64,000 bases of DNA, taken from the NCBI GenBank assembly GCA_012295275.1, contig CM022665.1, positions 30,442,001 through 30,506,000 on the forward strand, written 5' to 3'. The position numbers and the translations under genes are program-made. The stretch's first letter is position 1, and the number at the start of each line of letters is the position of its first letter. Positions 1 through 13,208 of this stretch are shown in pieces. Below the pieces are notes generated by a model that saw only the letters and a program-made list of their open reading frames with translations, was not told the origin of the DNA and searched no databases. Source of the DNA: Chrysomallon squamiferum. Taxonomy: Eukaryota > Animalia > Mollusca.

Positions 1-55
1 CAGCAATTTGGCTTTAGGTTAAATGTTCTTAGAAGTAAGAACAAAAGATACTTAC

Positions 56-156
56 AATTCTCGGAAGAGTTCTTCAATGTCTGTTCGAGGGCAGATTTTG
101 TGATAGAGTTCATAAAACTTGTCAAAGGAGAAAGCACTTGGCTCTATTTCATCAAA
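56..156 (-). CDS. PLCB4: PLC-beta4 coding exon 8
   Basis: gtacag|[33 protein letters not shown]|gtaagt; phase 0-2. Confidence 0.95.
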
Positions 157-804
157 CTGTACATAAAATACATAATATTAATAATTAAAAAAAATACACT
201 AATACTTTTGAATCGTAATCCATAAACCTAACAAAGGAATTAAATTTTGAGTTCATTGTTGTAAAAAAGGAAGTAAAAAAGGAAGATAATAACAATAACA
301 ACAATAATAATTAATAGCTTAGGAAATTTATTTATGAGTCAAATATCAAGAAAAAAGTCTATTGATAATTTGTACATATCAATTTAACTTTTTTTCTGTA
401 TTCACAATTTGAATGGAAAATTTATAAATCAATAACTAAAATTAATAATGAAAAACAAAAAATCTTAAATAAAAGAAATAGAATAAAAATAAAAATATTA
501 AAATTAAAACAAATATAAAACAAGCCAAAGAAAAACAAAAAAAATAAAAAATAAGATGACACAAAAAGCCAATAAATAAAATAAAATGTAATATAATAAA
601 ATATTTATTTTCAAACTGCAACAGAAACCTAATACTCAAATCAGGTAATAAAAAGGCATAAAATAATCTCATCTACCTAATGTAACAAATTAAAATAAAA
701 GTTAGCAGATTTACCTTTCCACAGGGAAGACTGAGCTCTTTCAAACACTGCATGATCATTTTTTCCTGGGTTTTTCCTGAAGCAAATGTCCTTGTTATAC
801 TGTA

Positions 805-846
<42 letters not shown>

Positions 847-1093
847 ACAAAAAATACAGCAAAATATGCATTTTTTAAAAATAAGAATGAAAATGAGCAA
901 CATGACAGTATATTTATTACTTTTTTAGAAATAAATTATTTTACAAAATTGAAAACTCATTTGACACCTAATAAAATGTCCTAGAGATCTTCAGTATAAC
1001 TTCACATTTTCATAAGTTATAATAATTATAAACAAGAATTTAAAGTCATCATTCATATGAAAACTAAATTTTTTTTTTTTTAAATACTACATA

Positions 1094-1151
<58 letters not shown>

Positions 1152-4100
1152 TCCTAAACAAGTGGTGGCCAGTTCTTTAAATTAGAACTTTACAATTTTC
1201 TGATTAGTTTTTTATATTCTTCAAAATAATTCTTATTTTAAAAAATTGTTTCTTAAGATGATGCATGTTCTCACCTTCTAACTGGAATTTTTCCACTTGG
1301 GTTGACCATAAAACAAAGTTTCATCCAGCTGTAATCAATAAATAAATGAATTAAAAGAAACATCTTTAAAAACAGTAAATTTAAAATTAAATAAGACTGT
1401 ACCTTTAATAGGGGCAGATATTTAAAAAAAAATAATAAATAAATAAATAAAATTAAAAAGCAGGAAAGAAAACATACATTAATTTTTATTTATTTAAAAA
1501 TGTTGTTACAACATTAGGATTTAATTTTTTTTTTTTTTTTTTTATTATTTTTACTAAAACATAAATAACATAAATATTTCCACAAGCATAGATACAGATA
1601 TAATAAAGATGAAAAAAAACATCAATAACTGTAATCTTTGCCATTTCAAAAATAGTTTTTTCATTTATGAAGTACATACAAATGTGCTATTGACTGGATT
1701 TTGATCAAAGTATAATTTTTTCAGAAAGCCAATTATCGTCAAGCATTTTTGATCAATTAACTTTTTAACATTTGAAATTAACATTTAATAGTTATGCATG
1801 TTTCATATAGACAGTTTTTATAGATATAATAATGGTGACTAGTGATGTATGTATATGTGGTACAGATGTACAAAACTGTGAAGCCTACTGTTTTTTTAGC
1901 TGTGTCATGGGACACACATTGTTGGCTTTTGTATTAAGTGTGATCTTCCTTAGTCCATCAAACCATTCCTAGAAAACAGTGAGCAAACTGGTGTCACAAA
2001 AGTTCCTAATATTAATTTTAAAATGGTTCACATGGTTCAAATGATTGACAAAGCAGAACAACAATATATGTATATTTATTATTAAATAAATAAATTTGTA
2101 ATTTGATGAAAGAAATTGGCATTTTTATTTGACAATTCAAAAAAAAACAAATGCAAATTCTGTTCAAGATTTGCAGTTCTGCAATTCTGCTCACAGATAA
2201 TTGGTAAATATAGTAAATGTATTACTGTTAAGGATGTACTGTAATATGACTGAAATGTAAAGTTATTAACACATTAAATCCCAGAATCATTATAATACTA
2301 AATTCTATTCACAAACACACACATGCACACACAAGAAACAACAACAAAAAAAAGTTTTGTAATGGTATCATCAAATATGTGGTCAACATTTTAAATTTAA
2401 TATGTTTAAAATGCAAGATTTCATATTAACATCTTGCAAACTTTATCAAATGATGTCTGTACAAAACAAGACATACCCTGGCTATTTCTGGAGATCGTGC
2501 AATCATAGGTGTATAACTGATGTTCACTAAGTCCAGACCACTGCATACTGTCACTGTTCTGGAATCTAGACTCCCTGTCCCCTTCTGTTCTAGTTCGGGT
2601 AGTAATTTTGGATCCTGCAATTAAAATGTACTGATAAATAATGACTGGTTTGTGAGAAGACCAATGGGTATCGATGTTTCCATTAACAGTGTATGTGTGC
2701 ATAAAGTACTATTTTATATATATAGGTTATTATCCTATATATATAAAATAGTAACCTTTTTGCTTCAGATATATAGCTACCTACCTATCTACCTACATAG
2801 GTATGTGTATATATATATATATATATCTGAAGAAAAAGGTTACTATCCTTTCAATATTATGGATAGTAATTTTTTAAATTTGTAAATCTTGAAAATATTA
2901 TATATAATGAATTGTTTTAATATTTTAAATACATTTATTTAATTTCTTCTCTCTCTCTCTCTCTCTGAGATAATACAACTGGTAAATGCATTACAGTAAT
3001 CTATTAAACTGATAGTATTTTGGAAGCACTGCATTTGCAACGATTCCAATATATAAATGAAACAAGAATTTTATTAAAATATGAAAATAAATAAATAATT
3101 TAAAATTTTAATAATAATTAAATGAAAAATAAAAGTAATATAAAACAAAACAAATAAATTATTTAAAAAAAATAAAATAAAAAAAATTAAAATTAAAATT
3201 ACATAAATAAAACCAACATAATAATAATAATAATAATAATAATCATAATCAAAAAAATATTTCCAGCATAAATAAATAATGAAAGTAACTGACATGGAAA
3301 AATCACAATTTAGAACTTATGACTTAAGTAGAAATGCTTAAAACTCTTTACAGTATTGATATAGTTAGAATATCATTTTCTTAATAATTAACAAGGTAAT
3401 TTTAGTATTACCTGCCTGTGCATAGTTGTGTGTTTCTGTATGTATGTGATAAAAAGTTTTCAATTTATATTCTTGAAATCATTTAATATATATATATAAA
3501 AATTAAAGAAAATGCAAGCTGCTTTAAATGATAACATAATTTTGTTGTTGTTGTTTTCACTTAAAACACAAATCCTGCTATTTTATTTATATATATATAT
3601 AAATTAAAACAGGAATATATTTTCTACTCTTATTAAAAGATACAATTTCTTTATAATTCATTCAGTTATGCTTTCATAATATGTCAGTCATTAAGACATA
3701 TGATAGTAAATGTCTGACAGCTCGTGTCAACAAATGTTTTACAACACCATGAATAAACAAAAGAATTAAAAACTAAATCAAATTTAAAATCAAGTATACT
3801 GGAAAGCTACTAAATTATAAAACATTCAGTTAATGATAAAAAAAAACTGTTAATAAAATAATATGATAATTTTGTTTTTGTAAATTAATATGAAAAAAGT
3901 AACCTATAATCAAGCACTCCAAGGGTTACTTTTACAGATTAAGAGCAAGGAATCTTTTAGTAGCAAGTTCTCATAGTTAAGAAATCATTACCACTGCCTT
4001 TAATAAACCAAACTAGGATAAGAAATAACTAACTGGTGATAGTGAGAGGGATTGATCCAGTGATCTCTCATGCTTCAGACCTACCACTGTAATCAATGAC

Positions 4101-6503
4101 AAAACAGATGGCCCTGTGGTGGATTCAGAAAATTTAAACAAGTGTAAGTTTTCTTATTCTTTTAAAATTTTTAACATTAAAAATAAAAATGATTTAGTAT
4201 TATTTATGTGACACTTCTGGAATGACAGATGCTCTGCCTCAAATGATTGATCCTTAGAAACACATCTCAGACCAGTGTTCTGATCACTTATGTACACAGT
4301 GCTTCAACATGAAACCCTTCTGACTTCTTCTAACGTTACTGAAGACACAAAAATAAAATCTGAAATGTAAGTGAAACACTGAATGATATATTCTGTTTTC
4401 TTATGTACCATAATAAACCAAACTAACAACATTATCTGATCCAATTAGGCAGGTTATCTTGATCTGTACATTTTAACAATGCCAATTACAGTCGTATCAT
4501 GTTACAGATAAATACATCTATTTCAGTGTCCACACAAACCCTCAAAATAAAACCACTGCTTGGCATTATTGATCCAACACAATGTTTGGCTAACATATTG
4601 ATGGTTGAATTTTCTTTTGCTTTGTTTCACAAGTTTTCCAACATTATTATATGTGATGTAGCTGTGACTGCTGATAAGTCCTTTTATATTTATCTAACCA
4701 ACGTGAAAGGAGGTTGTTGTTGTTGTTTTTTCATACTAAAAATCATTTCTTACTGAAAGTTAACTATAACATAATGATAGCAGTCCACATTTGAATTATG
4801 GATTTTTGAAGAATAAACTAATTTTTTTCTATATTTAATGTATGTTTACATTTAAATCCATCTGTTGAAAAAAATAATACTAATAATAATGTTTCGTTGA
4901 TCATAACTGTTAATTGTTTTTTAATAATAAAGATTTTCTTGTTTTCAAAACTGTCTATATGTATATTAGTCTTGGATATAACTGGGCTTCTGAAATAATT
5001 TCTGAAAAAAAAATAACAAATAATTTTGATGATGAAATTAATAAGGCATGATAATAATGCTTATGAAAACAATGATTATGATAAATATTAAAATGACAGT
5101 AATAAACCACAATAAATGTTTACAATTCATTATACTAATACATTCATAGTCATGAGAATATTAGTGTTTGTTAAGGTAACAAGTTTATACAGAAAATGAA
5201 CGTGATAATATTTTGTAATCTGTAAATGTCCATAGAGATTTATGCATATTAAACACCAAGTTAATAAAGTGGTATTGACATGGTATTAGAAAATATTCAA
5301 CACTAGACTTCTGAATAACAAAAGCTATTTGATGCAATAATTATCTATTATAGCAATTCACAAATATCTTGAACTAAATTTTTATGAAAAAGTATCCAGT
5401 TTGTAAAAGCAGCATCAAAAAGTTTTCCCACCCTTATCTAAGCACTGAGAACTAATAACCAAAACAGTAACCTATACCATATTACCAAAATGCTACTTTT
5501 CAACTGCATTAACAGTCTTTACAAAAAGCTTTTTCTTAAAATATTCTCTTTTGATTTAACAATTATGTCACAAAATTCTAGCAGATGTATCTTAAATAAA
5601 TACATAAACAGCAAAAATACAGTGAATCAAATACTGCAGAACATGTCAAAACGCATCAAAATTACAATTTTGATGAACAATACCATTGAATTTGGTTATA
5701 AAATAGTTTATTATTATTATTACTTTTCTCCTTTTTTTAAAGCTGCAATTAAACTTGATCAAAAAATATTATTAATATATGGTTATTTATTGATAGTTTT
5801 TCTTCTTTTTTAAAATTATTATTCTAACCATTTTTTAACTCTCAATTTGTGTGAGCACAATATATTAATAACATCCTGTTTACTGAATGTCTCTGTCAAC
5901 AGTATGTGTGTAAAACTGTGAACATGACAAACTGATATTAAAAAACCAAATTAACAGATGATGTGTTTTGTCTTCTTTTTTTTTTAATTTTCCAAACACA
6001 TACTGTCATTGTATTTTCCAGAGAAAAATTGTTTACGCTTCTGCAATGTCGGTTTTCTTTGTGATATTGGTTCAGCATCAAGATGTGTACTGTTGTAAAT
6101 TTAGAATGTATTCTTTTGTCAGAGTTGTGACCAGAAGGGACACTATATATATGAGATGAAGGCAAACAAAAGATCCTCAGTCACTCGCTATGAGGCTGAT
6201 GAAAAGCCTAATTCTATCAGAAATCCTTGCCATCACAGCACTCTGATTTAACAGAAAATCTATTGATGTTACAAAATGAAAAAAAACCACAACAAATTAA
6301 AAGCAAAATGAATTTCCAAAATCAATTAATTAAAATTTATCTTTGGATAAATTGACAAAATATATTTTGAAAATGTCTATTTGGTATAGGTATTGGTAAG
6401 TATATGAACTACAAGTGTCATGACACCAGCATTTACATATGTGTGATATTTAGAAACAGTTGAAGGAAATTCTGCAAAATCATGTCATGTGATCTCAAAA
6501 ATG

Positions 6504-6568
<65 letters not shown>

Positions 6569-8798
6569 TACACATTTACATTTTATACATATATACATTT
6601 TTAAATTTTGTTTTTTTACCTTGCAGATATGTGCTGGGCACAGGAAAATCATTGACATAGGACACATTTGACAAAAGTATATTATTATTTTGTTAAATGA
6701 AGAGAAAATTTAAAAATAAAAAGATTAACCAGCTATCAATTATCTTATTCAGTTTTGGAAATATGCATCTTTGAGTCATTACATAATCGACCACTCTATT
6801 TCCATAAACTAAAAATCCATGCTGCCTAGCAAGTGTTTGATATCAAAATAGCCATCAAGACTCACAGAAGTAAAACTAACTGTTCATTTTAAATATATAA
6901 TTCTTTTACATAGTTTGGTGTTTCCAGAGTTTGATGCTTGACTTCCCACCACCACAAAATAGATAAATAAAGAAAGTGTAAGAAATATTGTGTAATCTCG
7001 GATAATACTTCATAATTAAGTCAATTTTATGGTGGAAAATAAAAACTTAGAAAATCTGATATGGATATTTTTTGCACGAGAAAAGGTATTGCTTTGTAGC
7101 ACCAATGCTGTGTACAACTTATTCATGATTTTCATATAAGCTTCCAATATAAGCTTCCAATATAATTTAAAATGAGTTATTTACAGAATAACTACAAAGA
7201 CTATATTTCATGTTAAATTAACCTTATTTTAAAAGTAGGTCACTGAAAGCTGTCAGCAAAACATTCTGCAATCTGCATGTAACAGCAAAACCTGCCACTT
7301 TTTTCAATATATTCATCTCAAGTTCAACATAAAATATTGACCAAAACATTATATAAGTTAGTATATATTCACAAAAATACAGCTTATTGGAAATATATAG
7401 TGTGATTTGATGTAATTAAAACATCCTATAAATAAGAACAAAAATATTGCAGTCAGAACAAAAAACAAAACACAAAAAAAAACACAAAAACAAACATGAT
7501 GAAAAATATATAAAATTATACACAGGGAAACAACATAATCTGAAAATTAATTGTTTGAATTTAGATTGCTAATGAGGTATTTAATAATAAAAATAAATAA
7601 TAAATAACACAATTTTTTTTTTTTTTTTTTTAAACAATCTTTTAAAATCTAAACCAGCAGTTCACACTTTAGCACACCTGGCAACTGCACCCCTATACAC
7701 TCCAAGGTCAGCTGGGCATTACCTGTCAGCACACAGTCTCACGTCAATGTTTATACTCTTTCAAATTTTTGGCAAATTGTTTGTTTCAATGACAGAATAT
7801 GTCATTGGCTGGCCTTTGGAAGTTTTTTGGATGATGAAAATGACATTATTGGTATGCATTATTAGTGATAAACACTAAAGAAGTAACATTGAACAATAGA
7901 TACATGCAAGTAAGTAATTTATTTAAGTAAAATAATTCTGTCCAAAATGAAATAATTTTTTGGTCAGTGACTGAAAATAAATAAATACATGCAGTCATCA
8001 TATCATGCCACTATATATAGTGATTGCAGGATCAAATAAAATATATATAAAATACTTACTTTTTAAATTGCATATACACATTCAAAGCATTTTAAATATG
8101 TATTCAAATAGATATTAACACATCTGACTATATATAGTAACATAATTAATATGTAAAATATTTGTTTTTATAGACTGATATACACACTGAAGATTTAATT
8201 TTGTATAAGCATATTAACATAATTGACTGTTAATAATATTAATTATAATTGAAATTTATATAAAATATTTCTATGTAAAATATGATATATACCTTCGAAG
8301 TTTATTTGTATATTAATACAGGTGTCATAAGAAACAACATTAATGTTACAGATATTGAAAAAACATATGTGTATTTAAAACTAAAATCTATATTAATTTC
8401 AGGGGTTTTTATCTAGTGGAAGAATGAAGAGAATGAATAACTAAGTGTTTAACAACACATTCCAAATGAACAGTTATTAAGTATTTCACACATGGTTTCT
8501 GGATAATGATATCAAAAAGACAGAACTCACTTTAGCTATTTGCAAGGCTACCAAAGGGCAGGGAAAGAAGGGTAATCAAAACATTTACTGGTTATGTAAA
8601 TATTATCAATTTATGTATTTAATTTCTGTACATAGATGTTGTCTTTCACATGCACACTAATCATACTCAGACTTGTATCTATTAACCATAAAATATTTAA
8701 GTTAATTTATTTACTTTTGATATGCTATATATTTTTTTAGGCATTCTCATCTATCACACATGCACACATACATACATTAACAAGTATATGTGCAGACA

Positions 8799-8837
<39 letters not shown>

Positions 8838-11800
8838 TTTACAGTTAGCCAAATTAATTTATCAGTTGTTTGTTTATATCAGTTGCATTATTTCAAAGTT
8901 TTGGTTGTTGTTTTTTCCTTTTGGTAGGGGCATGTTTTTTTCTCACATAATTATTTGTAAACAGTATTTTACAATTCAAAATTAAATACTGAAAAGTTGT
9001 TAGAAAATAAATTATGATGTCTATTTTTAGAATCTAATCAAAGCAAAAGGAAAAAGTAATTTTTATAATGGTGTTTTGGACTATTGTTTAATTTTAAATT
9101 AATAATCTCCACACATTTTTGTTTTCTTTTCCAAAAATATTTCTTATTTTATATGTATTCTAATTTTAATATGGTTTTTTTATCTTTTGACAAAAAAAAG
9201 AAAAAAAAAAGAGACCACTGAAGGTATCATCAAGATAAAATATAAAAGATATTTTAAATACTCTTGAAAATAATCTACAGATGATTAGCTGAAAGAACAA
9301 AAGACAATAACTTTAATAAAAAAAATCATTAAAGAGAAACAAAACCAAATATTTATTAATGATATCTCAAATTATTTTAATGTTAATGGTTATATGGTAT
9401 GAAGCTTAATGGGTTTTTTTTTGTTGTTTTTTTAAATGTATTCTTGATGCAAAAGAAAAAAGCATTGTTGTTAATTGAGAGTGACTCTTACCAGTAGCTC
9501 CAAGGATCTTTTATATATTACAGGAAATATGTATTATCAGGAAATACACATAATTCCTGAACATTTCTTAAAATATGTGTAATTTCTGATTCATTCAGCA
9601 AACTGGCAATGTAATGGTTGCAAGACTATCTTCCTCTGACTGCAACTGATGGAGAATTTCAGGAGGGGGATATATGAAGACAGGCCAGTGTCAAAATCCA
9701 GTTGTGTTGCAAATGGGAAACAATTAATTATATTATGAAGACTGGAATTCTTCTAGAACTGAACAATCTGAATCCAACATTCAATTGTATTGCTATCTGC
9801 TAACCAACAAACAAACCTGTCCTAATGTCATTTCTTGCTCTTTCTGCAGCCCTTTGCTCTCTGGATGCTTAGGTTTTCCAACACCAACTCAGGCCAAATT
9901 ACTTTCAGTTCAATGATTACATATATTTTCTAAAATTTTCTGGAATTATACTCATTTCCTGATAATATGTAACATCACTTGGCCTTGGAAAAACCAGACC
10001 TCAGAAAAGAAAATATCTCAGTAGAAGAATCATGTAGGTTTAATCCTGTGCACAATATATCTCAATGTGCTTTAACAATTAAATTACCACCCATTTTTTA
10101 ATATAAGTATGAATATGAAGTAAAAAATTACTGATAAACAAACTAGAAAAACAGAAAAAAGGTGAAAATGGAAAAAAAGAAAACATAAATCAATGAAAAC
10201 ATGACACAAAATGTGAAAGATGTAATTAGATAAAGATAAGATACAATTGGAGGTGGAACTGATAAAAAAAAACAGACAGATACATTAAAAGAAAATAGGA
10301 AATAAGAAAGTCATGGTATGTGATTAAAGAAAAAAAAAATGAAAAGGCACAAAGGAAAGAAGAAAGGGAAAAAATTAATGAAATGAAATAATAAGAAATG
10401 GAAAATACGAAACCCCCAAAAAAAAAAGCAGAGGAAAGAGAGATTGAAAAATGAAAAAGATTAAGGAAAGTGAAATGAAAAATAATAGGAATAAAGGAAG
10501 AAAAAAGGAAAAAGGAAAAGGAATGAAGAAAAGAGAAATGAAAATGCATGAAAAAGAGATGAAAAATGAAAGGTAAGAAACAGAAAAGGAAATACACATG
10601 AAAGAAAGAAAACATTTAAAGAAACAATAAAGGAAAAATGAAAATACAAGAAACAAATGCAAAAACAAAAACAGAGAAATGAAAACAAAATTGTGAAAGG
10701 AAATAAATAGAGAGAAATTCACATATGCTACACAGATGCTGTAGAGATACACAAGGTACCATAGTTTTGATTTATGTCATCAATAAAGTGCAATGGCTAG
10801 ATTAACAAGCAAAAATACATTATCTATTTTTACGTATCTGTCATCTCAGACAGTGGGTAATTCAATACTGCTAATTAAACATATAAGTAGGTCTGAGTAT
10901 AAATAAGCTGCCTATTTTGGTTATATAAATAAAAATCAGAAAAAGAAATAAAGCATTGAAATAAGATAAAAGGACAAGAACACTTTAATCAGTTAATCTG
11001 CTTCCATAAACTACATTTCAAATTATAATCCATTATTATTATGAGGTGTAAAGTAAATTTGCCTTTGAATTCATTTGAGCTGCTTGCAAACTCTAAAGAA
11101 ATTATTTATAAAAGTAACATGATTTGACTTTATGAAATCAGATAATTAATATATACATATAAATTTATATATATATATGTTGTTATTGCTTTTATTTATT
11201 GATTACAGAATTGTATTTCAAGTAATAAAATTAGCACTGTTTGGAAATTAGCAGTCTGTTAAAGAACATTTACTCTATTTCAGGATACTGTCTGCCATGT
11301 TCATTAAATTCTAAATATGCACGATCACAGCGGCTGTGAGAATAGCTGCTTGTATACAGAAATAGGCAGTAAGTGACAAAATTTCCAATTATTGTAATCT
11401 GAATAATGACTGTACCCCTAAGGAAATGTAAGTAACTAACACATTTCTTGTAGAAAAAAAAAAAAATTAAATTTAAAATTAAAAATTAAATTGAAAAATG
11501 TCCATAATCCATTACTAGTCAATCTACTCCGAAGCAATTTGTCCATTATTTTAATGAAGACACTTGATGAGTGAGATACCAATCAGTATTTCACACTGTC
11601 ATAATTAGAAGAAAAATTATTTTCAGCTCAATATTTGGTTCGAGCTGAAATATAGCACAGCTGTTTGTGAAATAACTAATATTTATTTTGCAATATCACA
11701 ATCATGGTTGCTATAGCAATGTCACACAAAGTGATCCATATCTGCATCTACATGCGAGACTCTGGAATTCTAGTGTCTGCTAATTCAACACTGTACAGTA

Positions 11801-13158
11801 TTTGTATGTAAACTGCACATACTGTGATTTCTCAGTTGTATTTTAAAATCATCTTTCCAGATAATTTAATCTCATATAGAAAACTGACTGTGAAATTATG
11901 TTATTTTTAAGAGAAAACTATTAAGGAATTTATATTTTTTTTAAAATGAAAACTCAGCTGAGTAGAGTTTTAAAAAATAGACACTTGGCTATTTGTAATA
12001 TTTCTGATTAGGAAAAATAAAGCAAACAAACTGCCACATGCTGCTCAACTCTTAGGAATCACTCATGCTGAATGATAGAAAAATGCAGACTTTCAAGTCA
12101 GTGATGCAGGATTTGGAAATGAATAAGTAATTATGAACGTTTGTATCAAGTGTGCTTTTGTTTTGTGTATGCCAGCATGCAATTTTTCATCTATGCACAT
12201 ATGTGTAAATTTGATCAGTATATATTTGAAATGCTTTCTTAAATGAACTTTATTGTTAATTATTTTTGTCATTTCAGCAAAATGTTTTCAGTTATTTGTT
12301 TTTAATGCACTGATGTGTTGTTGTTTTTTTACCCTCACTGACATAAAACTCTTTCAACAATATTATTTTTGAATTAAGCATTTCAAGAAATCCATATTTT
12401 CAAGTTTATTAGTTTTGATCTAAATTTATTTAATAACTGCACTATTCAGTTTTTCATATAAGCAACATGCTGGCAAATGAAACAAATATCAACAATTTTA
12501 GCTCATGTATTTTATATGCTGAATATATAATGAACACTTTTCACACTACAATGAATAAATAACATTATTTTCCTGTCAGTTTTGATACATCAACAACCAT
12601 GACAAAATGATACGTATCAACAAACTTTATGAAATTGTCACTAAATGGTATCTTGGCATTGGAATAAAGTGATAAATCTCTGTTTTTACACCAATATTCA
12701 TACTCTGAACATCAGAAACATCATTTTTACCCCTTTACTTTATTCTTTTATATTTCATTTTTCTTTTCTTTCTTGTTTTCTTATTGTACCAAAATATTCT
12801 CAATTAGCGTATCATATCTTCTTCTGGTGTGCGTGTTTCCAGAAATTTAATTTTTATTTCATTTTAAATCTTTCTTGATTGATCTGAGCTAGAGTTAAGA
12901 GATAAAGCCCAGCCTTAAAATAGAAGTCTTAGTACTTTTCAACTAAGGCCACTTCAATCTTATTTGGCAGATTACCTTCAAAGAAGCAGGATTTTCTCTT
13001 CTATTAGAATACAGGCTTTTACTGTGCTCAAATTGATTTCAATTGATTTTTAGTCTCAACTTCACTTACAATAATGTACTAAGTGAAATAACTTTCATTT
13101 ATCACTGAGTTTATTGCTGTGGCTGGACAGAAAGAAAAAAATTTAAATTACATATATA

Positions 13159-13208
<50 letters not shown>

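Noticed and set aside
3412-3423. Mini first exon MHRQ|gtaata in phase with the PLC exon at 2614
   Set aside because: 12 nt with no independent support; easily a chance match
10226-10752. Phe/Leu/Ser-rich membrane-protein-like ORFs (also 442-672, 3074-3295, 49766-50068 and similar)
   Set aside because: Translations of A-rich low-complexity or microsatellite DNA
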